A program made the translations under genes and the position numbers. From Paracoccaceae bacterium (GTDB lineage Bacteria; Pseudomonadota; Alphaproteobacteria; Rhodobacterales; Rhodobacteraceae), in contig JAASTF010000001.1 in the NCBI GenBank assembly GCA_021767525.1, forward strand, positions 1-35,899: a stretch of DNA of 35,899 bases, given 5' to 3'. The number at the start of each line of letters is the position of its first letter. Position 1 is the stretch's first letter. Positions 1-8,981 of this stretch are shown in pieces. The notes below the pieces were generated by a model. It saw only the letters and a program-made list of their open reading frames with translations. It was not told where the DNA came from and made no database searches.

Positions 1-353
1 GCCACGCCGCCGGCCAGCAGCAGCGCCTGTTTCACATCCGCCTCGCCCTGGTACATGGCGATCCAGTTTTCCAGCGTTGCGGCATCCTTGATGATACGCG
101 CGGGGAAATGCGGCATCACCTTGTAGCCCTGGTCATTCAGCCGCTTGGCCGTGGCCACCATGTCGGCGATCGGCGTGCCGTCGATATGGGCGATATAGAC
201 GCGGGTGCCCTCGGGCAGCAACTCGCGGAAATCCTCGACCTTTTCGGCGGTGCGCGGCATCACCTCGATCGAGTAATCCTGCAAGAACGCTTCGACCTTG
301 GGATCGACCGTCTTGATGTTCTCGTCACGCTTCTTGAAATTCAGCAAAGCCAT
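1..353 (-). CDS. metF: Methylenetetrahydrofolate reductase, N-terminal part (runs off window start)
   Basis: Not in ORF track. Manual translation from ATG at 353 gives MALLNFKKRDENIKTVDPKVEAFLQDYSIEVMPRTAEKVEDFRELLPEGTRVYIAHIDGT...VMPHFPAR...ALLLAGG, the pattern of alphaproteobacterial MTHFR-family proteins; GGGAGG RBS upstream. Confidence 0.8.
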   Translation of the reverse strand, partial: MALLNFKKRDENIKTVDPKVEAFLQDYSIEVMPRTAEKVEDFRELLPEGTRVYIAHIDGTPIADMVATAKRLNDQGYKVMPHFPARIIKDAATLENWIAMYQGEADVKQALLLAGGV

Positions 354-379
354 CGCGGCCTCCCAGACGCCCTTTGGGG

Positions 380-676
380 TCATGCCCAACCATCGTTTGC
401 GATCAGCGCCTTGATGCGGTCCTGATCGTACTCTGCCTCCAGCCTGTCGGCCTCGGCCTGGGCGACCTCTTCGGGGTCGCCTTCCACGGTGTAGGGGGCC
501 GCCTTGCGCCATTCGGCCAGGTAGGCGTCGGTATCGGCGGCGCCAACCTTCATGGCGGCGCGGTCGATCGCCTGCTCGAACCGTTCGGGCAGCGGACGCT
601 TGGCGCCGCGCCGCCCCTTGCCGACGATGACCTGCGCGGGGATATCCCGCCAGTAAACGATCGTGACATCGGGCAT
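380..676 (-). CDS. Small 'virulence factor' family protein (Virulence_fact-like), 98 aa
   Basis: MPDVTIVYWRDIPAQVIVGKGRR..KRPLPERFEQAIDRAAM...DAYLAEW motif; GAGGA RBS before ATG 676, so the 877 start in the ORF track is rejected. Confidence 0.8.
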   Translation of the reverse strand: MPDVTIVYWRDIPAQVIVGKGRRGAKRPLPERFEQAIDRAAMKVGAADTDAYLAEWRKAAPYTVEGDPEEVAQAEADRLEAEYDQDRIKALIANDGWA

Positions 677-918
677 CTGCGTGATTCCTCTTACTCCGTG
701 GCCCCGGTTGTAGGGCAGCGCGTCTGCGACATGAGGGCGGTTTTCGACACTCCCGCCGACATCCGCGACCATTTGGCAATAGCAGAGGACGGCAAGCGCA
801 GGCCACCGGCAGCGACCATCAAAATCGTGAACATCTTTATGAGTGAACCATGGCGGCGCTTGCGCGACGGGTCGCAAGCGATTAGTTTGAAGGCAACTCG
901 AAATGGAGGGCGTGTAAA

Positions 919-2031
919 ATGGCGCCCAAGCGTCCGAAAGGTGCGGGCGCGTTCCCTAAACCGGTTGCAACCCCCGCGCCGAACCCGCCGGATCCGGCCG
1001 AGCTGTATGCCGCGCTGGATCTTGGCACCAACAGTTGTCGTATGCTGATCGCCCAACCCAAGGGCAGTCAGTTTCACGTGGTCGACAGTTTTTCCAAATC
1101 GGTGCAATTGGGCGCCGGTCTGGAACAAACCGGCCGTCTAAGCCGTGCCTCGATGCGTCGCACGGCGCAGGCATTGCGTATCTGCCAGCAAAAACTGAAG
1201 CGCCACAAGGTGCGCCGGATGCGCCTTGTCGCGACCGAAGCGTGCAGGCGCGCCAAGAACGCCAATGACTTCATCCGCCAGATGCACCGCGAAACCGGGC
1301 TGAAGCTGGAAATCATCCAGCCCGAGGAAGAGGCGCGGCTGGCCGTCATCTCCTGCGCGCCGCTGGTCAGCACCCGGACCGAACAGTTGCTTGTGGTCGA
1401 TATCGGCGGCGGCTCGACCGAACTGGTGTGGATCGACCTGTCCAGCGTGCCGCAGCCCGAACGCCCCCGCGCGATCATGCGGTTGCATGCGGGCTTTCAC
1501 CCCACCGACAGCCCGTTTCCCGCGGCCAAGGTGGTCGATTGGATCAGCGTGCCGCTGGGCGTCGCCACCCTGCGCGACCAGTTCAACGATGTCGAAGACG
1601 ACGCCGCGCGCTTTGCCCTTATGTCGTGGTTTTTCGAGGAAAACCTGGCCGAGTTCGCCCCCTACAAAGACGAACAGACGCGCGAGGGGTTCCAGATCGT
1701 CGGCACCAGCGGCACCGTCACCACCGTCGCCGCCAGCCACCTCGGGCTGAAACGCTATGACCGCACCAAGGTCGACGGGCTGCGCATGACCTCGGACCAG
1801 ATCGACCGCGTGATCCGGGGCTACCTTGCCCTGGGCCCCGCCGGGCGGCGGCGCGATCCGCGCATCGGGCAGGACCGGCAGGCCCTGATCATGTCGGGTG
1901 CGGCGATCCTTCAAGCGCTGTTGCGCTGCTGGCCCACCGACCGGCTTTCCGTGGCCGATCGCGGCTTGCGCGAGGGGCTGCTTTACGCGCAAATGAGCGC
2001 CGATGGCGTGCTGGAAAACGGACCCTTCTGA
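919..2031 (+). CDS. Ppx/GppA family exopolyphosphatase (short form without HD domain)
   Basis: ALDLGTNSCR, VATEACRRA, EEEARL, DIGGGSTE, GTSGT and GLREG ASKHA/Ppx motifs; GGAGGG RBS. Confidence 0.92.
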   Translation: MAPKRPKGAGAFPKPVATPAPNPPDPAELYAALDLGTNSCRMLIAQPKGSQFHVVDSFSKSVQLGAGLEQTGRLSRASMRRTAQALRICQQKLKRHKVRRMRLVATEACRRAKNANDFIRQMHRETGLKLEIIQPEEEARLAVISCAPLVSTRTEQLLVVDIGGGSTELVWIDLSSVPQPERPRAIMRLHAGFHPTDSPFPAAKVVDWISVPLGVATLRDQFNDVEDDAARFALMSWFFEENLAEFAPYKDEQTREGFQIVGTSGTVTTVAASHLGLKRYDRTKVDGLRMTSDQIDRVIRGYLALGPAGRRRDPRIGQDRQALIMSGAAILQALLRCWPTDRLSVADRGLREGLLYAQMSADGVLENGPF

Positions 2032-2043
2032 AAAGGCCCCCGC

Positions 2044-2760
2044 ATGAGCAAGAAACCCACCGGCAAGAACACCTCGGGCCGCGGTCAGCGCGATCTGAAG
2101 GTCAAGGTCAAGACCGCCCGCGGTCGCAAGCTGTCGTCGACGCGCTGGTTGCAGCGGCAGTTGAACGACCCTTACGTGGCCCGCGCCCGCAAAGAAGGCT
2201 ATCGCGGGCGGGCGGCCTTCAAGATCATGGAACTGGATGACAAGTTCCGCTTTCTCGTGCCCGGCGCGCGGGTCGTCGATCTGGGCTGCGCGCCCGGCGG
2301 CTGGATCCAGGTGGCCGTGCCCCGCATCAACGCCCTGGGTGAAAAATCGGGCAAGGCGCAGGGCCGTATCATCGGCGTCGACCTGCAAGAGGTCGAACCG
2401 ATCGCCGGCGCCGAGATCCATCAGCTCGATTTCCTGGACGACGGCGCCGATGACAAGGTCAAGGAATGGCTGGGCGGACAAGCCGACGTTGTGATGAGCG
2501 ACATGGCCGCCGCCAGTTCCGGCCACAAGCAGACCGACCATTTGCGCATCATGGCCCTGTGCGAGGCCGCGGCCTATTTCGCCTTCGACGTGCTGGAAGA
2601 GGGCGGAACCTTCGTCGCCAAGGTTCTGGCCGGCGGGGCCGAGGGCGACCTGCAAAAACTGCTGAAACAGAAATTCGCCAAGGTCGCCAATGTGAAACCG
2701 CCCGCAAGCCGGGCGGACAGCTCGGAAAAATTCGTCGTCGCCACCGGGTTTCGCGGCTAG
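2044..2760 (+). CDS. rlmE: 23S rRNA 2'-O-methyltransferase RlmE (FtsJ/RrmJ)
   Basis: [55 protein letters not shown] motifs (K-D-K-E tetrad). Confidence 0.96.
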   Translation: MSKKPTGKNTSGRGQRDLKVKVKTARGRKLSSTRWLQRQLNDPYVARARKEGYRGRAAFKIMELDDKFRFLVPGARVVDLGCAPGGWIQVAVPRINALGEKSGKAQGRIIGVDLQEVEPIAGAEIHQLDFLDDGADDKVKEWLGGQADVVMSDMAAASSGHKQTDHLRIMALCEAAAYFAFDVLEEGGTFVAKVLAGGAEGDLQKLLKQKFAKVANVKPPASRADSSEKFVVATGFRG

Positions 2761-2963
2761 GCCACGGGCGCCGCAGAACCGGGGGCACCACGCCGCGTGG
2801 GTCGGTCATGCCGGGTGATACCGGGCGACCTGTCCTGCGCCGGTGCATCGATATCGCGCTGGCGCCGCGCCAGCCGCGCGCGCACCTGGGCGGCCAGCGT
2901 TTCGTGCCGCAGATACTCGAACAAGCGCATGTGACGTGTGGAAACGGGGGTGAGGTCACTCAT
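2757..2963 (-). CDS. Hypothetical small basic protein, 68 aa
   Basis: Fills the gap between rlmE and the aminotransferase; AGGA upstream of ATG; stop overlaps rlmE stop by 4 nt; no recognisable motif. Confidence 0.4.
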   Translation of the reverse strand: MSDLTPVSTRHMRLFEYLRHETLAAQVRARLARRQRDIDAPAQDRSPGITRHDRPTRRGAPGSAAPVA

Positions 2964-3126
2964 GGGGGTATCCTGCCGTTGCGCGTGCTACGATTTGGTT
3001 AAGCTGGACGGCGATTGCGGCGGATTTGGCCCCGCGATCCGGCGTTTTGGTGCCGGCCGCATCCGCGATTGCATCCGCGGGCGCGCCGCGCCACTCTCGC
3101 GCCGCTCCGACTCGAAAGGCCCTCAC

Positions 3127-4371
3127 ATGTTCGCAGCCGAAACCCTTGCCGCCATCCGCGACCGCTTTGCCCATGTCGACACCTGCCCGATCACTGGCCC
3201 GCGGGTGTTTTTTGAAAATGCCGGCGGCGCGCTGACGCTGAAATCGGTGGTCGAAACCACGGCCACTTTCGCCGCGATCCCCGACAACCAGGGCCGCGCC
3301 AACCCGGCCAGCACGCATCTGATGCAGATCATCGCCAAGGCCCGCGACGACATGAAGCTGCTGCTGAACGCACCGGGCGGCCAGGTCATCGTCGGCGAAA
3401 GCGGGACCGAAATGCTCTATCGGATGATCCGCAGCGCCGCGATGGGCACGGGCCCCGGCCCGGTTATCGGCAGCACGCTGGAACACCCCGCCTCGCGCAG
3501 CGCGGCGCGGTTATGGGCGGAACGATCCGGGCGCAACTACATCGCCGTGGCCCATGACGACGCCACCGGCACGGTAACGCCCGATCACTATCGCCCGCAT
3601 CTGCGCCCCGATCTGGCCATCGCCACGATCATCCACACCAGCCCCGTCACCGGCATGGGCGTCGACGTGGCCACGATCGCCGCCGAAATTCGTGCTGTCG
3701 CACCCAAGTGCCTTATCATCGTCGATGGCATCCAGCACGCGGCCCACGGCTTGATCGACCTGACGGCGGCGGGCGTCGACGGTTATGCGATCTCGCCCTA
3801 CAAGATGTTTTCGTGCCACGGCTATGGCGTGGCATGGCTGTCGGATCGCCTCGCCGCCCTGCCCCACGAGGCGCTGGTCGGTGGCCCAGCCGAAAACTGG
3901 GAGCTGGGCACCCGCGACACCGGCGCCTATGCCACGCTGTCGGATGTGGTGGCCTATCTCGATTGGCTGGGTGGTTCGATTTCCACCGAAAGCGACCCGC
4001 GCGCGCGGATCGAGGCGGCGGGCGCCGCCATCCACGCCCATGAACATGCGCTGTGCGACGCGATGCTGCACGGCACCGGTAACCACGCGGGCCTGACCGC
4101 CCTGCCCGGCGTGCAGATCATCGGCGGGGCGGAAAACCCGGCCCGCGAAGGGCTGGTCAGTTTCTGGCACGACGGGCTCGCGTCGGCCGATATCGTCGCC
4201 GGGCTCGAGGCGCGCGGCCTGCGCGTGCATATCCGCAAGGCCGACCACTATTCGGGCAACATCCTTGACCCGCTGGGCCGGCCCGACTGCGTGCGTGTGT
4301 CGCTGGCGCATTACAACAGCCTGGACGAGGTGGCGCAGTTTCTGGACGCCATGCAGGACATCGCCGGCTGA
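3127..4371 (+). CDS. Class V PLP-dependent aminotransferase / cysteine desulfurase-like protein
   Basis: FFENAGG, LEHPA, VDGIQHAAH, SPYKMF (PLP Lys), ELGT and VRVSLAHYNSLDEV motifs; AAAGG upstream of ATG 3127 (ORF-track start 2938 is too long). Confidence 0.88.
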   Translation: MFAAETLAAIRDRFAHVDTCPITGPRVFFENAGGALTLKSVVETTATFAAIPDNQGRANPASTHLMQIIAKARDDMKLLLNAPGGQVIVGESGTEMLYRMIRSAAMGTGPGPVIGSTLEHPASRSAARLWAERSGRNYIAVAHDDATGTVTPDHYRPHLRPDLAIATIIHTSPVTGMGVDVATIAAEIRAVAPKCLIIVDGIQHAAHGLIDLTAAGVDGYAISPYKMFSCHGYGVAWLSDRLAALPHEALVGGPAENWELGTRDTGAYATLSDVVAYLDWLGGSISTESDPRARIEAAGAAIHAHEHALCDAMLHGTGNHAGLTALPGVQIIGGAENPAREGLVSFWHDGLASADIVAGLEARGLRVHIRKADHYSGNILDPLGRPDCVRVSLAHYNSLDEVAQFLDAMQDIAG

Positions 4372-4374
4372 TCG

Positions 4375-5127
4375 CTAACCGCGGATGTTGCGCTCCATCA
4401 TCCGCTGGTAAAGGCGCGGCGCGGCACGGTTGATCCACCAGGCCAGCCGCGCCACCCGGCCCACCGGGATCATCGGCGCACCGCGGTCGAGCCCGCGCAG
4501 GATGGCCGCGGCGGCGTCTTGCGGCGACATGTAATCCAGCCCGTCCGCCGCGGCGCCCGGTCGCACGATCCCATCGGCACCGGCCTGCGCGCCCGTGTTG
4601 GTCGCCACGAAGGACGGCGCCGCAACCTGCACCCGCACCCCATGCGCGGCCTCTTCCGAGCGCAGGGAATGAAAGAACCCCTCCAAGGCGTGTTTCGACG
4701 CGGCATAGGCGCTGCGGTGGTAGAGCGGCGAAAACCCCGCAACCGAAGATATAGCCAGATGGGTGCCACCCGCCTTGCGCACCGCCCCCAACAGGTGCCG
4801 CGCCATGCCGACGGCGGCAAAGTAATTGATCTCGAACACCTGGCGGTGGGTCGCCTCGTCCAGCCGCTCGAACGGGCCGATATGGGTGATCCCGGCGTTA
4901 TAGACGGCCAGATCGACACGGCCCTCGGCCTGAATGACCTGCACACAGGCCGCCGCAAGCGCCGCCTGGTCGGTCAGGTCGCAGGCGATCAGCCGCCGCC
5001 GGTCGGTCGGGCGGACATGCGCGACAGCACGATCCAGCAGCCACACCCGCCAGCCCCGCGCCTCAAGCGCGTCGGCCAACGCCAGACCCAGCCCCCCGGC
5101 CCCGCCCGAGATCACCGCGACCTTCAC
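4375..5127 (-). CDS. Short-chain dehydrogenase/reductase (classical SDR)
   Basis: SGGAGGLG, NAG, SSVAG and YAASK motifs; GTG start at 5127 overlaps upstream stop (GTGA). Confidence 0.9.
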   Translation of the reverse strand: MKVAVISGGAGGLGLALADALEARGWRVWLLDRAVAHVRPTDRRRLIACDLTDQAALAAACVQVIQAEGRVDLAVYNAGITHIGPFERLDEATHRQVFEINYFAAVGMARHLLGAVRKAGGTHLAISSVAGFSPLYHRSAYAASKHALEGFFHSLRSEEAAHGVRVQVAAPSFVATNTGAQAGADGIVRPGAAADGLDYMSPQDAAAAILRGLDRGAPMIPVGRVARLAWWINRAAPRLYQRMMERNIRG

Positions 5128-6038
5128 AAGCCTGCATCCTTCATCCACAGATCGAACACCTGTGCGCTGCTCAGCTCGGGGCGATAGCCAAAGCGCTTTT
5201 TCAGCGCCGTGTTGTCCAGCACGGGGCGGTATTGCAGAAACCGCACCTGCTCGGGGCCATAACGGCTTAGTCTCAGGGGCCGCGCCACGGCCAGCGCCGC
5301 GCGCAGCGCCCAGGGCGGCAGGCGCAGCACCGGCTTGTGCAATCGCCGGGCAATCGCCTCGATCGACAACGCGCCGTCGCCGGCCACGTTATAGACGCCC
5401 GGTGGCCCATTCCCCGCAGCGCGCGCCAGCACCCGGGCCAGGTCGCGCGTCCAGATAAAGACGAAAGGGCTGGCGCTGCCGCTTACCGCCAACAGGCGCG
5501 GCTTGTGAAACAGCGCGGTGATCTGGTTGTCTGTGCCGGTCCCCAGCACCGTGCCAACCCGCAGCACGACCTGCTCCAGCTCGGGGTGCTCGCGCCGCGC
5601 CTGGGCCAGCATTTCCTCGACCTGGCGCTTGTGATCGGCATAGGCGAATTCGGGATTGCCCCGCAAAGGGCAGTCTTCGGTCAGCGGCACCGGATTGTCG
5701 GGGTGATACCCGTAAGCCGCGCCCGACGAGGTGACGACCAGCCGCCGGACCCCGTGGGCAAGACAGGCCGCAAGCACCTTGCGCGTGCCCTCGACATCCA
5801 CGGCATGGGCCTTTTCGCGCGGCACATCCGCCCCCATGACCGAGGCCAGGTGCACGACCACCCTGGGGCGATGCGCGCCGATCACGCGGTCGGGGTCGTC
5901 GGTGGTAACATCTAGCCGCGCGTTGTTGGGGGCCTTGGCGGGCGGGACAAGGTCGGTGGCCAGGGCGTCGCCCCCCAATTCGCGCAGCAGAACGCGCCCA
6001 ATCATGCCGCCTGCGCCGGTGATCAGAACGTCGCTCAT
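5124..6038 (-). CDS. NAD-dependent epimerase/dehydratase (extended SDR)
   Basis: TGAGGMIG, VVHLAS, VTSSGAAYG, YADHK, GVYNVAG motifs; ATG 6038 overlaps upstream stop (ATGA). Confidence 0.9.
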   Translation of the reverse strand: MSDVLITGAGGMIGRVLLRELGGDALATDLVPPAKAPNNARLDVTTDDPDRVIGAHRPRVVVHLASVMGADVPREKAHAVDVEGTRKVLAACLAHGVRRLVVTSSGAAYGYHPDNPVPLTEDCPLRGNPEFAYADHKRQVEEMLAQARREHPELEQVVLRVGTVLGTGTDNQITALFHKPRLLAVSGSASPFVFIWTRDLARVLARAAGNGPPGVYNVAGDGALSIEAIARRLHKPVLRLPPWALRAALAVARPLRLSRYGPEQVRFLQYRPVLDNTALKKRFGYRPELSSAQVFDLWMKDAGL

Positions 6039-6937
6039 GCCACCACGCCCCTGCGCGCAAAAAGTGACGACACGACAAAGCCGGTCAGCACGTGCCATAT
6101 GCCCCAAAAGGCCGCCACGATGGCCATGCCGCCGATGCCGCCGAAAAAGCCGAATATCAGCACCAGCCCGAGGCCCGAATTCTGGATGCCGGTCTCGATC
6201 GTCACGGCGCGCCTATCGAAGGGCGCCAGGCCCGCCAGGCTGGCCAGGCCAAAGCCCCCCGCCAGCGCCAGCGCGTTATGCGCCGCGACCAGCCCGGCAA
6301 TGCCGGCGCTGAACTCGAGGAAATAGGTCCAGTTGGCGCGCAGGGCCAGCACGATGAACAGCACGAAAATCGCCATCGACAGCCATTGCAACGGCCGGCG
6401 CAGCCGGGCGGTGATATCCGGCCGCCGCATGTTCAGCACAATTCCCAGCACCAGCGGCAGAATCAACATCAGCCCCACGGTGATCGCCACTTGCACCGGA
6501 TCGATGGCAGTGGCTTGCAGGATGGCGCGGCTGGGGGCGTAAAGACTGCCCCAGAACGCGATGTTCAGCGGCGTCAGCACGATCGCCCCCACGGTGGCGA
6601 AGGCCGTCAGCGACACCGATAGCGCCGCGTTGCCCCCGGCCCGGTGCGTGAAAAAATTCGAGATATTGCCCCCCGGGCAGGCCGCGACCAGCATCAGCCC
6701 CAGCGCGATCGACGCCTGCGGGCGCACCGCCAGCACCAGCAGAAAGGTCAGCGCCGGCAAAAGCATGAATTGCGAGACGAGCCCCGTCAAAACCGCGCGT
6801 TTTCGATGCCAAAGCGCGCGGAACTGCGCCGGCGTCAGGTCGATGGCGACCGAGAACATGACGATGGCCAGGATCGCATTCAACGCCTGCAACGCCGCGG
6901 GGCTGAAATTCAGCGCGACGCTGTCGATTCCGGTCAT
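6035..6937 (-). CDS. Bile acid:sodium symporter (BASS/SBF) family transporter
   Basis: Multi-TM protein with ACPGGNISN, GNAALSVSLT and IETGIQNSGLG signatures. Confidence 0.92.
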   Translation of the reverse strand: MTGIDSVALNFSPAALQALNAILAIVMFSVAIDLTPAQFRALWHRKRAVLTGLVSQFMLLPALTFLLVLAVRPQASIALGLMLVAACPGGNISNFFTHRAGGNAALSVSLTAFATVGAIVLTPLNIAFWGSLYAPSRAILQATAIDPVQVAITVGLMLILPLVLGIVLNMRRPDITARLRRPLQWLSMAIFVLFIVLALRANWTYFLEFSAGIAGLVAAHNALALAGGFGLASLAGLAPFDRRAVTIETGIQNSGLGLVLIFGFFGGIGGMAIVAAFWGIWHVLTGFVVSSLFARRGVVA

Positions 6938-8250
6938 GCCCGCGCCCCCCCAAGACGCCGGATCCAGCCGGTCACCGCACGGCGATAGGTGGCCTTGTCG
7001 ACGTAATAGGCCATGCGCGGCAGCTTCAGATAGGACATGCCGCCCGTCGCGCGTGTGAACCCGCGGGCCTTTTCCTGTTGCAGCGCCCGCGCGCCCGGCG
7101 TGCCGTCGCGCAGTCCGCGAATGTAACGCGCGACCATCTCGGCCTGTTCGTGCCGGCCCTGCCAGCCCAGGCCGGTCGCCTCGATCATGCCCAGAACGAA
7201 CAGGTCGTCGCGGGCGGGATGCATGGCGTTCAGATACAGATGCGGCGCATCGCCCTGCCAGTTCAGAAGATCGCGGTCGATGAACGGGTAATGCAGCTTG
7301 TAGCCGGTGGCCGCCAGAACCATGTCATACTCGGCCTGGCTGCCATCGGCAAAATGCACGGTCTTGCCGTCAAACCGCGCGATATCGGGCCGCACGGTCA
7401 GGTCGCCGTGGCCGGCATGGAACAGCACCTGGCTGTTCACGACAGGGTGGCTTTCGTACAGGCGGTAATCGGGCTTGGGAAAGCCGTATTTCGACGGGTC
7501 GCCCACGAACCATTTAAGGATCATCCCGTCCACCCGCCGCTTCAACCACATCGGCAGGCGGATCGCACCGCCCATCGTGTCGGCAGGCCGGCCGAAGACA
7601 TATTTCGGCACGAAGTAATAGCCCCTCCGCATCGACAGGTCGCAGCTTAGCCCGTGGTGGATGGCATCGACCGCGATATCGCAGCCAGAATTGCCCGCAC
7701 CGATCACCAGCACCCGCTTGCCACGGAACTGGTCGGGATAGCGATAGGCCGAGGCGTGGATCAGCTCGCCGGTGAAATCGCCCTCGAACCGGGGCATGTT
7801 GGGTTCGGACAGGGTGCCGTTGGCGATCAGCACCCCGGCGAATGTCTCGGCATGGGTGCCGGTTTCATCTCGCCATGTCAGCCGCCAGCCGTCACCGTCC
7901 TTGCCCAGCGGCTCGGCGCGGACGACCTCGGCACCAAAACGGAAATGCCGCCGCAGATCGTAGCGATCCGCGAAATCGCGGAAATACTGCCGCATCGCGG
8001 TATGCGAGGGGTATTCAGCCACCTCGTCACGCATCGGGAAATCGGTGAATTCCGTCATTGTCTTGGACGAGATCAAATGCGCGGTTTCGTACATGGTCGA
8101 GCGCGGGTTATCTATGTCCCACAGCCCGCCGACATCGGAATGCAGCTCGAACCCCTGGAACGCAAGGCCCTGCTCGGTCAAGGTTTTCGCGGCGGCCAGC
8201 CCCATCGGGCCGGCGCCGATCAACGCGAGGCGCCCATTGGTTGCGATCAT
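6934..8250 (-). CDS. Flavin-containing monooxygenase (class B FMO)
   Basis: GAGPMG (FAD), GGLW, FTGELIHASAY (FMO fingerprint FxGxxxHxxxY), GAGNSG (NADPH), ATGY; GGAG RBS. Confidence 0.93.
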   Translation of the reverse strand: MIATNGRLALIGAGPMGLAAAKTLTEQGLAFQGFELHSDVGGLWDIDNPRSTMYETAHLISSKTMTEFTDFPMRDEVAEYPSHTAMRQYFRDFADRYDLRRHFRFGAEVVRAEPLGKDGDGWRLTWRDETGTHAETFAGVLIANGTLSEPNMPRFEGDFTGELIHASAYRYPDQFRGKRVLVIGAGNSGCDIAVDAIHHGLSCDLSMRRGYYFVPKYVFGRPADTMGGAIRLPMWLKRRVDGMILKWFVGDPSKYGFPKPDYRLYESHPVVNSQVLFHAGHGDLTVRPDIARFDGKTVHFADGSQAEYDMVLAATGYKLHYPFIDRDLLNWQGDAPHLYLNAMHPARDDLFVLGMIEATGLGWQGRHEQAEMVARYIRGLRDGTPGARALQQEKARGFTRATGGMSYLKLPRMAYYVDKATYRRAVTGWIRRLGGARA

Positions 8251-8277
8251 GCGTTTCTCCCTGTTCGCGCGTTTATG

Positions 8278-8293
8278 TTGAACAGTTGTTCAA
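8278..8293. promoter_or_regulatory. Inverted repeat TTGAACA-GT-TGTTCAA, probable TetR operator
   Basis: Perfect 7-bp AT-rich arms in the 62-bp gap between the divergent FMO and tetR starts. Confidence 0.75.
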
Positions 8294-8312
8294 GTTAAGG
8301 CAAGGTTTTTTC

Positions 8313-8972
8313 ATGACGGCCATGACTGACCAGAACCCGCCGCGCCAGCGCGCGCCCTCGGCCCGGGCCAAAGCCCGGCACGCCGCGATCCTTGATGCGG
8401 CCGAACGGGTATTCGCCGCGCGCGGCTTTGACGGGGCGACGATCCGGGACATCGCGACAGCGGCCGACGCGCCGGTTGGGCTGGTGCATCACCACGGGGG
8501 CGGCAAGGCCGCGCTGTTCGCGAAAGTGGTGGCACGGCGGGCCGATGCGCTGTCGGCGCTGCGCCTTGCCGCGCTCGACGCGGCGGCGCGGCCGCTGACC
8601 TTGCGGGCGATCCTGACCGCCTTTATCGCGCCCTATCTTAAGCAGGCCGAAACAGGCGGGCCGCAATGGCTGGCCTATGCGCGGCTGGTGGCGATGGTGT
8701 CGGCCGATGAAAGCTGGTCGGATATCTCGGCGCGGCATTTCGATCCGACGGCCGCGCGCTTTATCGATGCCATAGCCGCGCTTTATCCCGCCGCACCCAG
8801 GGCCACGATCGCGCAGGGGTTCGTGTATGCCGTGTCGATGATGCTGGCCCATGTGACCGCGGGCTGGCGCGTGGGCGCCTTGGGACGGAGCGGCGCGCAT
8901 CCCGGGCCCGAAGGGCTGGTGGCCTTTGCCGAGGCCGGCCTGCGCGCCCTTCTGGACAGGCCGGCCGACTAG
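8313..8972 (+). CDS. TetR/AcrR family transcriptional regulator
   Basis: AILDAAERVFAARGFDGATIRDIATAADAPVGLVHHHGGGKAALF N-terminal HTH; start at ATG 8313 or 8322. Confidence 0.9.
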   Translation: MTAMTDQNPPRQRAPSARAKARHAAILDAAERVFAARGFDGATIRDIATAADAPVGLVHHHGGGKAALFAKVVARRADALSALRLAALDAAARPLTLRAILTAFIAPYLKQAETGGPQWLAYARLVAMVSADESWSDISARHFDPTAARFIDAIAALYPAAPRATIAQGFVYAVSMMLAHVTAGWRVGALGRSGAHPGPEGLVAFAEAGLRALLDRPAD

Positions 8973-8981
8973 CCCCCGGCC

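Noticed and set aside
790-810. Sigma54 promoter (TGGCCTGCGCTTGC, minus strand)
   Set aside because: GG-to-GC spacing is one base short of the strict -24/-12 requirement.
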